Below, in pieces: positions 41,123 through 52,600 of a stretch of DNA of 64,000 nucleotides. The first letter of the stretch is position 1; every line of letters starts with the position of its first letter. Origin of the DNA: Comamonadaceae bacterium (GTDB lineage: Bacteria > Pseudomonadota > Gammaproteobacteria > Burkholderiales > Burkholderiaceae_C); the NCBI GenBank assembly GCA_947459405.1, contig CANHDQ010000001.1, positions 5,331 through 69,330 of the forward strand, read 5' to 3'. The notes under the pieces are model-generated. The model saw nothing but the letters and a program-made list of their open reading frames with translations, made no database searches and was not told where the DNA came from. The position numbers and the translations under genes were made by a program.

Positions 41123-41980
41123 ATGCTCTACCCTGAATTGTTCAAGCAGTTGGAATCCGTCCGCTGGGACATGGACAAAGACATTCCGTGGGCCCAGTTT
41201 GACGGCGCTCTGTTGTCAGACGAGCAGGCGCTGACCGTCAAGATGAATGCGATCACGGAATGGGCGGCTCTGCCGGCCACCGAGATGTTCCTGCGCGATA
41301 ACCGCGAAGACAGTGACTTCTCGGCCTTCATGTCGATCTGGTTTTTCGAGGAGCAAAAGCACGCGCTGGTGCTGATCGAATACCTGCGCCGCTTTCGGCC
41401 CGAACTGGCGCCGACGGAGCAAGAGTTGCACGAGGTGCGCTTTGAGTTCGAGCCGGCGCCGGCACTCGAAACCCTGATGCTGCACTTTTGCGGCGAGATC
41501 CGGCTCAACCACTGGTACCGGCGTGCCGCCCAATGGCACACCGAGCCGGTCATCCGGCACATCTACACCCAGCTCAGCCAGGACGAGGCACGCCACGGCG
41601 GCGCCTACCTGCGCTACATGAAACGCGCCATCGGCCGCTTTGGCGACGAGGCCCGCGCAGCCTTTAGCAAAGTCGGCGTGCTCATGGCCAGCGCCAAACG
41701 CACAGCCCAGGCGCTGCATCCGACCAATCTGCACGTCAACAAAGCCCTGTTTCCGCGTGACACCATCCAATCGCGGCTGCCCGACCCGCAATGGCTCGAG
41801 CACTGGCTGAGCCAGCAGATCAAGTTCGATGCCGAATGGGAGACCAAGGTGGTCGAGCGCATCCTGCACAACATGGGCTTGCTGATGAACCAGAGCTTTG
41901 CCACCGTGCAGGAGCTCAACCGCTTTCGCAAGCAGCTCATGGGCGGCCTGGCGCCGACCGCGCCAGCTCAGACCGCGTGA
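41123..41980 (+). CDS. Ferritin-like diiron protein (acyl-ACP desaturase-like)
   Basis: Diiron ligands E...EEQKH and E...DEARH. Confidence 0.85.
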   Translation: MLYPELFKQLESVRWDMDKDIPWAQFDGALLSDEQALTVKMNAITEWAALPATEMFLRDNREDSDFSAFMSIWFFEEQKHALVLIEYLRRFRPELAPTEQELHEVRFEFEPAPALETLMLHFCGEIRLNHWYRRAAQWHTEPVIRHIYTQLSQDEARHGGAYLRYMKRAIGRFGDEARAAFSKVGVLMASAKRTAQALHPTNLHVNKALFPRDTIQSRLPDPQWLEHWLSQQIKFDAEWETKVVERILHNMGLLMNQSFATVQELNRFRKQLMGGLAPTAPAQTA

Positions 41981-42468
41981 TGAGCGCCCAGGCGCCGGCC
42001 TTCCTGGGCAAGATCGTCGCGAGACCCCAGCTGCACGCCCGTCTGGCTCAGCTGCCGCGACCGCTGGTCATGACCAACGGCGTGTTCGACGTGCTCCACC
42101 GCGGCCACGTGACCTATCTGGCGCAGGCGCGCACACTCGGCGCAAGCTTGCTGGTGGCGCTCAACACCGACGCCTCGGCCAGGCGGCTGGGCAAAGGGCC
42201 CGATCGCCCGCTCAACACTGAGGACGATCGCGCCCTCATGATGGCCGCGCTCGAATCAGTGGACTTGGTGACCTGGTTCGATGAGGACACCCCGCTCGAG
42301 CTGATCGAGCAGGTGCGGCCCGACGTGCTGGTCAAAGGCGGCGACTACGACATGAGCCGACTGCCCGAAAGCGCAGTGGTGCAACGCTACGGCGGCCGGG
42401 CGCTGGCCATCGATCTGGTGCAGGGCTATTCGACCTCGGCCCTGGTGCGCAAAATCCGTCAAGGCTAA
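41980..42468 (+). CDS. rfaE2: D-glycero-beta-D-manno-heptose 1-phosphate adenylyltransferase (stand-alone RfaE2/HldC)
   Basis: TNGVFDVLHRGH, NTDASARRLGKG..RP, LVKGGDY, GYSTS. Confidence 0.88.
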   Translation: MSAQAPAFLGKIVARPQLHARLAQLPRPLVMTNGVFDVLHRGHVTYLAQARTLGASLLVALNTDASARRLGKGPDRPLNTEDDRALMMAALESVDLVTWFDEDTPLELIEQVRPDVLVKGGDYDMSRLPESAVVQRYGGRALAIDLVQGYSTSALVRKIRQG

Positions 42469-45400
42469 GCCGCATCCTCGGCAGGGGGCTCGCCACGGCG
42501 GCGCCTGAGCAGGCGCGTGGCCCACTGACCCAGGTCATCGAGGTAAGTGAAGACCACCGGGATGACCAGCAGACTCAGCACAGTGCTGGTGAGCAAGCCG
42601 CCGATCACCGCAATCGCCATGGGCGAGCGAAAGCTCACATCGGCCGAGCCCCACCCCGCAGCAATGGGCAGCATGCCCGCGCCCATGGCGATGGTGGTCA
42701 TCACGATCGGACGGGCCCGCTTGTGGCAGGCATCGAGCAACGCATCCCAGCGCGACATCGGTGCGACGGCCGGGTGGCCGTCGACGGCAGGCCGGCCGCG
42801 CCGGGCCACGATGGCGTACTCGACCAGCAAGATCGAGTTCTTGGTGGCCACGCCCATGAGCATGATCAGACCGATCAGCGAGGGCATGGAAAAGCTCTTT
42901 TGCGCCAACAGCAGCCCCACAAAGGCGCCCCCGAGCGACAGCGGCAAAGCCGCCAGGATGGTCAGCGGATGCAAAAAGCCCTGAAACAGCAGCACCAGCA
43001 CGAAATAAATACAGAGCACGCCCACGCCCATGGCCAGACCGAAGCTGGCAAACAACTCGCCCATGACCTCGGCATCGCCCACCTCCACCACCTTGACCCC
43101 CGGCGGAAGGTTGACGATGGTGGGGAGCTTTTGCACCGCCTGCGTCACCTCGCCCAGCGGCGTGCCAGACAGCTCGATCTCGAAATTGACGTTGCGCTGG
43201 CGGTCGTAGCGATCGATCACGGCGGGCCCGCCGGTGACCTCCACGCTGGCGACCTGCGCGAGCATGACCGGGCCGCGGCTGCCAGGCACCATCAGGCGCT
43301 CGATGAGCGACAAGTCCTTGCGCGCGGCTTCCTCGAGTTGCACCACGATGGGCACCTGCCGCTGCGACACATTGAGCTTGGGCAATTGCGCCTCGTAATC
43401 GCCCAAGGTGGCCACGCGAAGGGTCTGCGCGATGGCCGCGCTGCTGACGCCCAGATCGGCGGCGCGGGCAAAGTCGGGGCGCACCGCGATTTCGGGGCGC
43501 ACCAGGCTGGCCGTCGAGGCGATCTGCCCCAGGCCTGGCAGGGTGCGCAAGTCCTTCTCCACGGCCAAGGCCGCCTGCTGCAGCGCCAACGGGTCGTCGC
43601 CCGTGAGCACCAGCACATACTTTTCACCCGAACCCCCCAGGCCCACCTTGCTGCGCACACCCGGCAGGTCCTGCATGGCAAGACGGATATCGGCCTCGAT
43701 CACCTGCTTGCGCGGCCGATCGCCGCGCTCGCTCAGCGCGATCGTCAGGGTCGCCTTGCGGGCCTCGGCAGCGCCGGCGCTGACAAAGGGGTCACTGCCA
43801 GCGCTGCCGCCCCCGATGGTGGTGTAGACGCTCTTGACGTGCTGCACCTGCATCAGCAGAGTGCGCGCCTGCTCGGCGCTTTGCCGCGTTTGCTGCAGGG
43901 TCGAGCCCGGCGGCAGCTCCAGATAGACCTGGGTCTGCGAGTTGTCATCGGGCGGGATGAAGCCGGTGGGCAAGAGGGGAATGAGCGCCAGCGATCCGAC
44001 AAAGAAGGCAGCCGAAGCCAGCAAGGTCAGCAGGCGGTGGTGCAGACACCAGCGCGCCGCGACCATGTAGTAGCCCAGCCAGCGCGGCTCGCGCTCGGCC
44101 GCCACAATGGGCTTGAGCAAATAGGCGGCCATCATGGGCGTGAGCACGCGTGCCACCACCAGGGAGGCAAACACGGCCAGCGAAGCGGTCCAGCCAAACT
44201 GCTTGAAAAACTTGCCCGCAATGCCGCTCATGAAGGCCGTGGGCAGGAAGACCGCAATGAGCGTGAAGGTGGTGGCGATCACGGCCAAGCCGATCTCGTC
44301 GGCCGCCTCCATCGCCGCCTGGTACGGCGTCTTGCCCATGCGCAAATGACGCACGATGTTCTCGACCTCAACGATGGCATCGTCCACCAAAATACCGATC
44401 ACCAACGACAGCGCCAGCAGCGTCACGACGTTGATGGAAAAGCCCAGCCAGGCCATGCCGATGAAAGCCGGCACGACCGAAAGCGGCAGCGCCACCGCCG
44501 ACACAAAGGTCGCGCGCAGATCGCGCAGGAAGAGCCAGACCACCAGCACCGCCAAAATCGCACCCTCATAGAGCAGCGTCAAGGAGCCTTGGTACTCCTC
44601 TTCGACCGGGGTGACGAAATCGAACGCCTCGGCGATCTCGATGTCCGGATGCGCCAAGCGGTAGTCGGCCAGCATCTTGCGCACAGCGCGGCCCACCGCA
44701 ACCTCGCTCTCGCCGCGACTGCGCACCACCTCAAAGCCCACCACGGGCTGGCCATTGAGCCCGGCCCAAGAACGCGGCTCGGCCAGGGCGTCGGTGACCG
44801 TGGCGATCTGATCGAGGCGCACGCGCCGCCCGCCCGAGGCGGGCAACTCAATGCGGGCCACCTCCTGCGCTGTCTGCACGGTCGCCAGCGTTCGCACCGG
44901 CTGCTCGCCCACGCCCAGATCGATGCGACCGCCCGAGCCTTCCTGCTGGACTTGCGCCAATTGCTGCGACACCTGGGCCGCGGTAATGCCCAGCGCCTGC
45001 AGCCGCTGCGGGTCGATGGCCACCCGAATCTGGCGCGTGACGCCGCCGACCCGGTTGACCGCACCGACCCCCTTGATCGCCAGCAGCTTGCGCGTGAGTT
45101 CGTTGTCGACCAGCCAAGACAGCGCCTCATCGTCCATACGCTGCGAGCGCACGGTGTAAGCCAGCACCGGCGTGCCGGCCAGGTTGAGCTTTTGCACGAT
45201 AGGGTCGCGCAAGTCGCTGGGCAAATCGGCGCGCGCGCCCTGCACCGCCGAGCGCACCTCGTCGAGCGCTTCCTGCACCGGTTTTTCCAGTCGGAACTCG
45301 GCCGTGATCGAGACCGAACCGTCCTGCACCTTGGTGGTGATGTGCTTGAGCCCTTGCAGCGGTGCCAGCGCGTTTTCAAGCTTGCGCGCCACGTCGGTCT

Positions 45401-45581
45401 CGAGCTGCGAGGGCGCCGCTCCCGGCAGGTTGGCCGTGACCTGCACCGTCGGCAAATCCAGGTCGGGGAAGTTCTGCACCTTCATCGACCCGTAGGCGAT
45501 CATGCCCGCCAGGGTCAGCAGCACGAACAGCAAGACCGCCGGAATCGGGTTGCGGATCGACCAGGATGAAACGTTGATCAT
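42465..45581 (-). CDS. RND efflux transporter permease (AcrB/AcrD/AcrF family)
   Basis: WSIRNP, GILVDDAIVEVEN, KNSILLV, RARPIVMT. Confidence 0.95.
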   Translation of the reverse strand: MINVSSWSIRNPIPAVLLFVLLTLAGMIAYGSMKVQNFPDLDLPTVQVTANLPGAAPSQLETDVARKLENALAPLQGLKHITTKVQDGSVSITAEFRLEKPVQEALDEVRSAVQGARADLPSDLRDPIVQKLNLAGTPVLAYTVRSQRMDDEALSWLVDNELTRKLLAIKGVGAVNRVGGVTRQIRVAIDPQRLQALGITAAQVSQQLAQVQQEGSGGRIDLGVGEQPVRTLATVQTAQEVARIELPASGGRRVRLDQIATVTDALAEPRSWAGLNGQPVVGFEVVRSRGESEVAVGRAVRKMLADYRLAHPDIEIAEAFDFVTPVEEEYQGSLTLLYEGAILAVLVVWLFLRDLRATFVSAVALPLSVVPAFIGMAWLGFSINVVTLLALSLVIGILVDDAIVEVENIVRHLRMGKTPYQAAMEAADEIGLAVIATTFTLIAVFLPTAFMSGIAGKFFKQFGWTASLAVFASLVVARVLTPMMAAYLLKPIVAAEREPRWLGYYMVAARWCLHHRLLTLLASAAFFVGSLALIPLLPTGFIPPDDNSQTQVYLELPPGSTLQQTRQSAEQARTLLMQVQHVKSVYTTIGGGSAGSDPFVSAGAAEARKATLTIALSERGDRPRKQVIEADIRLAMQDLPGVRSKVGLGGSGEKYVLVLTGDDPLALQQAALAVEKDLRTLPGLGQIASTASLVRPEIAVRPDFARAADLGVSSAAIAQTLRVATLGDYEAQLPKLNVSQRQVPIVVQLEEAARKDLSLIERLMVPGSRGPVMLAQVASVEVTGGPAVIDRYDRQRNVNFEIELSGTPLGEVTQAVQKLPTIVNLPPGVKVVEVGDAEVMGELFASFGLAMGVGVLCIYFVLVLLFQGFLHPLTILAALPLSLGGAFVGLLLAQKSFSMPSLIGLIMLMGVATKNSILLVEYAIVARRGRPAVDGHPAVAPMSRWDALLDACHKRARPIVMTTIAMGAGMLPIAAGWGSADVSFRSPMAIAVIGGLLTSTVLSLLVIPVVFTYLDDLGQWATRLLRRRRGEPPAEDAA

Positions 45582-45594
45582 GCGCGCGCCCGGC

Positions 45595-46692
45595 TCACTT
45601 GGCCGCCGGCGGGGCCGCCACCACGCGCACGGTGTCGCCGTGGTTGAGGAAGGCACCCCCACTGGCAACCAGGCGGGCATCGACCGCCAGGCCGCTGACG
45701 ACCTCCAGCCGATCGCCAACCAGGCGCCCGGTTTGCACCTTGACCTGGCTGACCCGGTCTTGGGCACCGACCACATAGACGTAGCTCATGCCGTCGCGCA
45801 CCACCACCGCGGTCTGCGGCACCGTCAGCGCCTGGCTGCTGCCCAGCTCGATCTGACCGCTGGCAAACATGCCCGGCACCAAGGCCGAGGACGGCCCAGA
45901 CCTGGGCCGATTGAGATCGACATAGACCAGCGCGTTGCGCGTCTGCGGGTCAGCCGAGGGCGCGAGCACCCGCACCCGGCCGCTGACCTCAAGGCCGCTG
46001 GCCGTCTTGATGCGCACCGGTGCGCCCACCCGCACACGCGGCAAATCGGCGGCCGTGAGTTCGGCACGCCACTCCAGCCGGCCCTGCCGGATCAGCCGGA
46101 ACAACTCCATGCCTGGGGCCACGACCGCACCCAAGGTGGCGCTGCGCGCGGAAATCACGCCGGCATCGGGCGAGCGCACCTCGGTCTGTGACAGGCGCAG
46201 CTCGCCCAGATTGAGCGCCGCACGCGCCGACTGCACCCGCGCCTGCGCCATGGCCTCACCGGCCAGCGCCGCGCTGAGCTGGGCGTTGCTGAAAAAACCC
46301 TGCTGCTGCAGCGAGCGGGCGCGCTCGGCTTGCGCGCGGGCTTCCTGCGCCGACGCCTCGGCCTCGGCGAGCAAGGCCCGCGTCTGCGCCAGCTCGGCCC
46401 GCACGGTGTCGGACTGCAGCAAAGCCAGCACGTCGCCGCTGCGCACCACATCGCCCACCTGGGCCCGCACCTGCGCGATCTTCAAGCCACTGGCCTCAGC
46501 GCCGATCAGCGCCTCCTGCCAGGCCGCAATCGAGCCGTGCGCCGGCAACACCTGCGCCAGCTGCTGGCTTTGCGGCTGCACGACACTCACCGTCAGGGCC
46601 GGCCGCACGGTCGGCGCCTTGTCCTGGGCCATCGCCGCCGCGCCCCAGCAAGCCCCCAGCACAGCCAGGGTCCAGAACGTTCTCGTTTTCAT
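45595..46692 (-). CDS. RND efflux periplasmic adaptor (MFP)
   Basis: GDVVRSGDVL lipoyl motif, coiled coil, RSPDAGVI, PGMFA. Confidence 0.92.
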   Translation of the reverse strand: MKTRTFWTLAVLGACWGAAAMAQDKAPTVRPALTVSVVQPQSQQLAQVLPAHGSIAAWQEALIGAEASGLKIAQVRAQVGDVVRSGDVLALLQSDTVRAELAQTRALLAEAEASAQEARAQAERARSLQQQGFFSNAQLSAALAGEAMAQARVQSARAALNLGELRLSQTEVRSPDAGVISARSATLGAVVAPGMELFRLIRQGRLEWRAELTAADLPRVRVGAPVRIKTASGLEVSGRVRVLAPSADPQTRNALVYVDLNRPRSGPSSALVPGMFASGQIELGSSQALTVPQTAVVVRDGMSYVYVVGAQDRVSQVKVQTGRLVGDRLEVVSGLAVDARLVASGGAFLNHGDTVRVVAAPPAAK

Positions 46693-46798
46693 GGTGCTTC
46701 CTACGGGAAAACCCGTGTCAGTCAAGAGTGTAACGAGGCGCTTGCGCCGGGGCGAGGCCTGCTGCCAGTGCCCCTTGCTGGCAGGGGCATGCCGGCCC

Positions 46799-49570
46799 TC
46801 AGCCGAGCACCTGTTGCCAAAGCTCAAGCACGGTCTGGCGGGCCTGGCTGAGCTCGGTCAAAGCCAGCTCCGTCGGCTCTTCATTGAGGCGGGCGCGGTG
46901 CTGGGTGCGGCGCAGCTCCCGGTAAGCGTCGGCCGCGCCATGGCCCAGACCTGGCGGCAACAAGCCGGCCTGCTCGGCCCACTCGAGCAGGGCGATATTG
47001 CCGGCGTTGTCGACCAGCGCGCGGTGGCGCGCCGCATGGGCCAGCACCAGGTACTGCACCACAAACTCGACATCGACCATGCCGCCCGGGCTGTGCTTGA
47101 TGTCAAACACGTCGCTGCGCCGCTGGGGATGGGCGGCGCGCACCTTCTCACGCATGGCCACGATCTCGGCTCTCAAGGCCTGCGCGTCGCGATCGGCGGT
47201 AATGACCTGCTCGCGCACCTGCGCGAAGCGCTGTTGCAAGGCGGCCGAGCCGAGCACAAAACGCGCGCGCGTCATGGCCTGGTGCTCCCAGGTCCAGGCG
47301 GTGTTGCTGCCGCGCTGCTGCTGGTAGTCGGCGTAAGCCTGAAAGCGGGTGACCAGCAAACCCGAGTTGCCATTGGGGCGCAGGGCGGTGTCGATCTCAA
47401 AGAGGTCGCCTTCACTGGTCTTGACGGTCAGCCAGTTGATGAGCTTGCGGGCAAAGCCTGCGTAGACCTCGCCCGCACTCTCGTGCTCGTCGTCGTAGAC
47501 GAAAACCAGATCGAGATCGCTGCCGTAGCCCAGCTCCTTGCCGCCAAGCTTGCCATACGCAATGATGCCCAGCTCGGGCTCTGGGCGGTGGCGGTTCTTG
47601 AGCCGCTGCCAGCACCACTGCGCCGTCAGGGCCAGCACCGACTCGGCCAGCGCGCTCAGGTCATCGGCGACCTGCTCGACGCTGAGTCGGCCTTCGACGT
47701 CGCGGGCGAGCGTGCGAAAGACCTCGGCATGATGGGCCCGGCGCAGCAGGTTCAGACAGGCCTCCTCGTCGTCCTCGCCGGTGCGCTTGAGCGCCTCGAG
47801 ACGGCCATTGAGCTCATCGGCAAAACCCTGCGGATCAAAGCGCTGCTCGAGCATCTGGCCGTGGGCCAGCTCGTCGATCACGCCAGGGTGCTTGAGCAGG
47901 TAGCGCGCCGGCCAGCGCGCAGCGCCTAGCAATCGCAGCAATCGCTCGTGCACCGATGGACGCTCGAGCAGCAAGGCCAGGTAACTCTCGCGGCGCAGCA
48001 GCGGCTCGATCCAGTCGAGCAGACGCAGCGCCGCCTCCAGCGTGACCCGGCCATCGTCGAGCCAAGCCGCCGTGCGCTGTAAAAGTCGCAACAGGCGTGC
48101 GCGCGAGACCTCCCGCAAGGCCAGCACCCTCGGATGGTCCTGCCAGCTGCGCAGCCGCTCGCGCAGCGCCTCGGGCCAGCTGCCCGCCTCTCGCTGCAGC
48201 AGCTCGGCCATGTCCTGCGGCACGCTCTGATCGAGCTTGAAGCAGCCTACACAGTCGGCATGCCCGCCCAGCAGCTTGTCAAACTCCTCGGCCACGAACT
48301 CGCGGTGGCGGTCGAGCTCGGCCAAAAACGCGCCAGTGTGGGCAAAGCCCAGGGTGGCGGCGATCCAGGCCAGATCGGCGTCCTGGGTCGGCAGCACATG
48401 GGTCTGCTGGTCATCGAGGTACTGAATGCGGTGTTCGACGCGACGCAAAAAATCATAGGCCTGGGCCAAGGCGCTGGCCGTTGCCTGCGGCATCAGGCCT
48501 GCCTTGCTGACACGCGCAAGCGCATCGACCGTGGGGCGCGTGCGAAGCTCGGGGAACTGCCCGCCACGCACCACCTGCAGCAATTGCACCGTGAATTCGA
48601 TTTCACGGATGCCGCCGCGCGAGAGCTTGACGTCGTTGGCGCGCTCAGGGTGCCCGGCGGCGCGGCGCGCCGCCTGCTCTCGAATTTGCCGGTGCAGCAC
48701 CCGCAGCGACTCGAACACGTTGTAGTCGAGGTAGCGGCGAAACACAAAAGGCAGCACCAACTGGCGCAAGGCCTGCAGCGATGCATCGCTGCGCGCCTGC
48801 AACGGGGCCACCACCCGGCTCTTGAGCCAGGCAAAGCGCTCCCATTCGCGACCCTGCACCTGAAAATACTCTTCGAGCGCACCGAGCGAGACGGCGGGCG
48901 GGCCGGAATTGCCGTTGGGCCGAAGCGCCAGATCGACCCGAAACACAAAGCCGTGCTCGGTCACATCGCCGATGAGCGCCTGCACCGCCTTGACCTGAAG
49001 CGCAAAATACTCGTGATTGGAAATCACTCCACGCCCGTCAGGCCGGCCCAGACTGTGGCCCTGCTCGTCGTAGACGTAGATCAGGTCGATGTCGCTCGAG
49101 ACATTGAGCTCGCGCGCCCCGAGCTTGCCCATGCCTATGACCCACATGCAGGCGCGTCGGTTTCCCGCGCTGGTCTGGGGCGGGCCATACAGCGCGTCGA
49201 GCATCTGGCTGCTGTGCTCCATGGCCACGTCCAGGGCAAACTCGGCCAACTCGGTCATCGCGCGGGTGACCACCGGCAGCGGCGCCTGCTGGCCGGCGCT
49301 GGTGTCGATGACCACCAGGCGCTCGAGCACCAGTTGGCGCAAGATGCGCAGCGCCGCACCGGTGTCGTGGCCTACGCCGCGCAGCGTCTCGAAGGTTTGG
49401 GCCATGCCCTGACGGGTTGGCGCGCCCTCAGGCAAGCCATCGAGCCACTGCGCGTAGCGCCGGCGGATGCGCTGCACATAACGGCTGTGCTCCGGCGCAC
49501 CCGCAACAGCCGGCGCTGCGGCCAAGACCGGCGGGTCCGGGGCGGAAGGCTCTGCAGGGGGCAAGGTCAT
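46799..49570 (-). CDS. glnE: Glutamine synthetase adenylyltransferase/adenylyl-removing enzyme
   Basis: Two NT domains GMGKLGARELNVSSDIDL and AYGKLGGKELGYGSDLD; LRPNG twice. Confidence 0.96.
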   Translation of the reverse strand: MTLPPAEPSAPDPPVLAAAPAVAGAPEHSRYVQRIRRRYAQWLDGLPEGAPTRQGMAQTFETLRGVGHDTGAALRILRQLVLERLVVIDTSAGQQAPLPVVTRAMTELAEFALDVAMEHSSQMLDALYGPPQTSAGNRRACMWVIGMGKLGARELNVSSDIDLIYVYDEQGHSLGRPDGRGVISNHEYFALQVKAVQALIGDVTEHGFVFRVDLALRPNGNSGPPAVSLGALEEYFQVQGREWERFAWLKSRVVAPLQARSDASLQALRQLVLPFVFRRYLDYNVFESLRVLHRQIREQAARRAAGHPERANDVKLSRGGIREIEFTVQLLQVVRGGQFPELRTRPTVDALARVSKAGLMPQATASALAQAYDFLRRVEHRIQYLDDQQTHVLPTQDADLAWIAATLGFAHTGAFLAELDRHREFVAEEFDKLLGGHADCVGCFKLDQSVPQDMAELLQREAGSWPEALRERLRSWQDHPRVLALREVSRARLLRLLQRTAAWLDDGRVTLEAALRLLDWIEPLLRRESYLALLLERPSVHERLLRLLGAARWPARYLLKHPGVIDELAHGQMLEQRFDPQGFADELNGRLEALKRTGEDDEEACLNLLRRAHHAEVFRTLARDVEGRLSVEQVADDLSALAESVLALTAQWCWQRLKNRHRPEPELGIIAYGKLGGKELGYGSDLDLVFVYDDEHESAGEVYAGFARKLINWLTVKTSEGDLFEIDTALRPNGNSGLLVTRFQAYADYQQQRGSNTAWTWEHQAMTRARFVLGSAALQQRFAQVREQVITADRDAQALRAEIVAMREKVRAAHPQRRSDVFDIKHSPGGMVDVEFVVQYLVLAHAARHRALVDNAGNIALLEWAEQAGLLPPGLGHGAADAYRELRRTQHRARLNEEPTELALTELSQARQTVLELWQQVLG

Positions 49571-49638
49571 CGGGGTCACAGCGCGGCAACAATCGAGGGC
49601 GCAGATCCCCGCTGCGAAGGTGATAATTCCTGCAACCC

Positions 49639-52600
49639 ATGTCGCTGGAATCCGCACCCACGCCAACCATCCTGCCGCCGCGGCTCAAGCTGTGGGCGAG
49701 GGCCACCCAGTGGCTGCTCGCGCTCGTCGTGTCTTTTGCCCTGCTGCTGGCTCTGTTTTGGGGCCTGCTCAATTGGCTCATTGTGCCGCGTATCGATGAA
49801 TTTCGCCCGGCGATCGAGCGGCTGACCCGACAGGCAACAGGTCTACAGATCCAGATCGGCGAGCTGCAGGCGCGATCGAGCGGCTTGGTCCCGGCTTTTG
49901 CGCTGCGCGATGTGCGCCTGCTCGACGCGCAAGGGCAGGCCGCGCTGCAGCTGCCCGAGGTGCTGGTGGCCATCTCTGCGCGCTCGCTCCTCAAACGCGG
50001 GCTCGAGCAGCTGGTCATCGACGGCGCGCAGCTGGAGATCAAACGCACGGCCGATGGCCGCTTTTGGGTCGCTGGCATCGACATCGGCAGCTTCGCGCCA
50101 AGCGACCCGCAACCCTTGCTCAACTGGCTGTTTTCCCAAACCGAATGGGCCTTGCTCAATGGCACCGTGCTCTGGCGCGATGAGCAACAGGGCCTGCAGA
50201 CCGAGCTGCAGCAGGTCAACTGGGTGATGCGCAACAGTGGCCAGCGCCACCACATGCGGCTCGATGCCACGCCCCAGACCCAGTGGGGCGATCGCATCAG
50301 CGTGCGCGGCATGCTGCGCCAGCCCTTGCTGTCGGGCGCAGCGGGCAACTGGCGCCAGTGGAGCGGAGAGCTCTACGCCGAACTCGGCCGCATCGAGGCG
50401 GCGCCACTGCAAGCCTATGCCCGATTGGCGGGGCTGGAAATCGCACAGGGCCGAGGTGCGCTGCGCACCTGGATCGACGTTGAGCGCGGCCGCGTTGTGG
50501 GCGCGCTGGCCGACGTGCAGCTGTCGCAGGTGCAGGCCCAGCTCGGCAGCAAGCTGCCCGCCCTGGCACTCAACTCGGTCAGCGGCCGGCTGGGCTGGCA
50601 GCAGCTCGAGCGCTCGACTCAGGTGCGCGCCGAGGCCCTGAGCTTTGAAAGCGCCGATGGCATGCGCTGGCCGGCGGGCAATGTGCAGTGGACCGGCCAG
50701 CAGGCCCCACCAGGTCAGGCCACGCGCAGCCAGCTCAGCGCCGAGCGCATCGATCTGCAGGCCCTGACCGCCCTGGCCCAGCGGGTGTCGCTGCCGGCGC
50801 CGCTGCACGAGCAGCTGCGCAGCCTGCAGCCGCAGGGTCTGCTCGAGACGCTGCAGATGAGCTGGGTCGGGCCACTGAGCCAGCCCGAGCAGATGCAGGC
50901 CCAGGGGCGGGTGCGACAGCTGGCCTTGTCGGCGCAGCCGGCCGAGCGCGGCCCGGGCCGGCCCGGGATGCAAGGGGCCGATGTCGATTTTCAATTCAAG
51001 CGCGACCCCAAGCAGCTCAGCGGCCAGGCCAGCATCGACCTGCAAGGCGGGTGGCTGGAACTGCCGGGCGTGTTCAGCGAGCCAAAGCTCACGCTCGAGG
51101 GGCTCAAAACCAAGATCAAGTTCACACACAGCGCATCGGCCAGCTCGCTCGAGTTCGAGCCGAGCCAGCTGCAGGCCCAGGACGCCCAGGGCCAGTTCCA
51201 GGGCAGCTGGAGCCGCCAGGGCGGCGAGGGGCTGGGCCGGCTCGATCTGCAAGGCCAGCTCAGCCGCGCCGACGCAAGCCGCGTACACCGCTATCTGCCC
51301 CTTGGCATCCCCGAGCCGGTGCGACGCTATGTGCAGTCGGCCGTCTCACAAGGTCAACTGAGCGACGTCGCCTTCAAGGTCAAGGGCCCGGTGGCCCGCT
51401 TTCCCTTCGTGCAGACCGGCGACGGAGAGTTTTTCGTCAACGCGAAACTGCGCAATGCGCGCTACGACTATGTGCCCTCGTATCTGGCGCCCAAAGCCAA
51501 GCCCTGGCCGGCGTTCGAGCAGCTCGATGCGGACCTGAGCTTTAACCGGGCCAGCCTGCAGATCAGCAACGCGCGCGCCCAGATCGCCGGACGGCCTGGC
51601 CTGGTCATGCAAAAAACCCTGGCGCGAATCGCCGACCTGGGTTCACAGTCCATCGTCGAGGTCACCGGTGAAATTCGCGGGCCGGTCAACCAGGGGCTGC
51701 AGTTGGTGCAAAGCTCGCCGCTTGCGGGCATGACGCGCGAGGTCCTGTCCCAGGCCAGCGCCAGCGGCTCGGGCGAGCTGCAACTGCGGCTGAACCTGCC
51801 GCTGCGCGACCTCGACAGCTCAACCGTTCAGGGGACCTTGCAGCTTGCCGGCAACGATGTGGAGCTGCGCCCCGATTTGCCGCTTCTGGCACAAACGCGC
51901 GGCACGGTGCAATTTACCCAGGGCAGCGTGCAGGTTCTTGACGCGCAGGCGCGTGTGCTCGGAGGCGATCTGCGCTTTGAAGGCAGTATCCGGCCCAAGG
52001 GGGAAGGCGGGCCCGAAGCCCTGTTCAGAGGACAAGGACAGATCAGCGTCGAAGGCCTCAAGCAACTGCGCGGCCAGCCATGGCTGAGCGAGTTCGCCCG
52101 CCACGCCAGCGGCAGCACCAGCTACAGCGCCACCTTCGGTCTGCGCCAGGGCTGGCTCGAGGCCAGCGTGCAAAGCCCGCTCAAGGGTCTGGCGCTGAGC
52201 CTTCCCGAGCCCCTGAACAAACCGGCCGATGCGCAGTGGCCGCTGCGCATCGAGCGTTCCATGGTGCTGGCCAGCCTCGGGCCCGATCGCAAGGCACAAG
52301 ACCGCATCACCCTGCAGCTCGGGCCGGGGCCGGGTTTGGCGGGAGGCCTGACCGCGAGCTACCTGCGCGATGTCAGCGGGCCGACGCCCCAGGTGCTCGC
52401 CGGCGACATCGCCCTGGGCAGCGCACCGCGCGAGCTGCTGGGCGGGCAGGTGCGCGCGCAGATTCAATGGCCGTCGCTGGACCTCGACGCCTGGGACGAC
52501 GCCGGCTCTGGCCTGTGGGAGAGCAGCCGCGGGCTGGGACCGGGCTATCTGCCCACCGCCGTCATCCTGCGCTCGCCGCAGGTGAGGCTGCAGGGCCACA

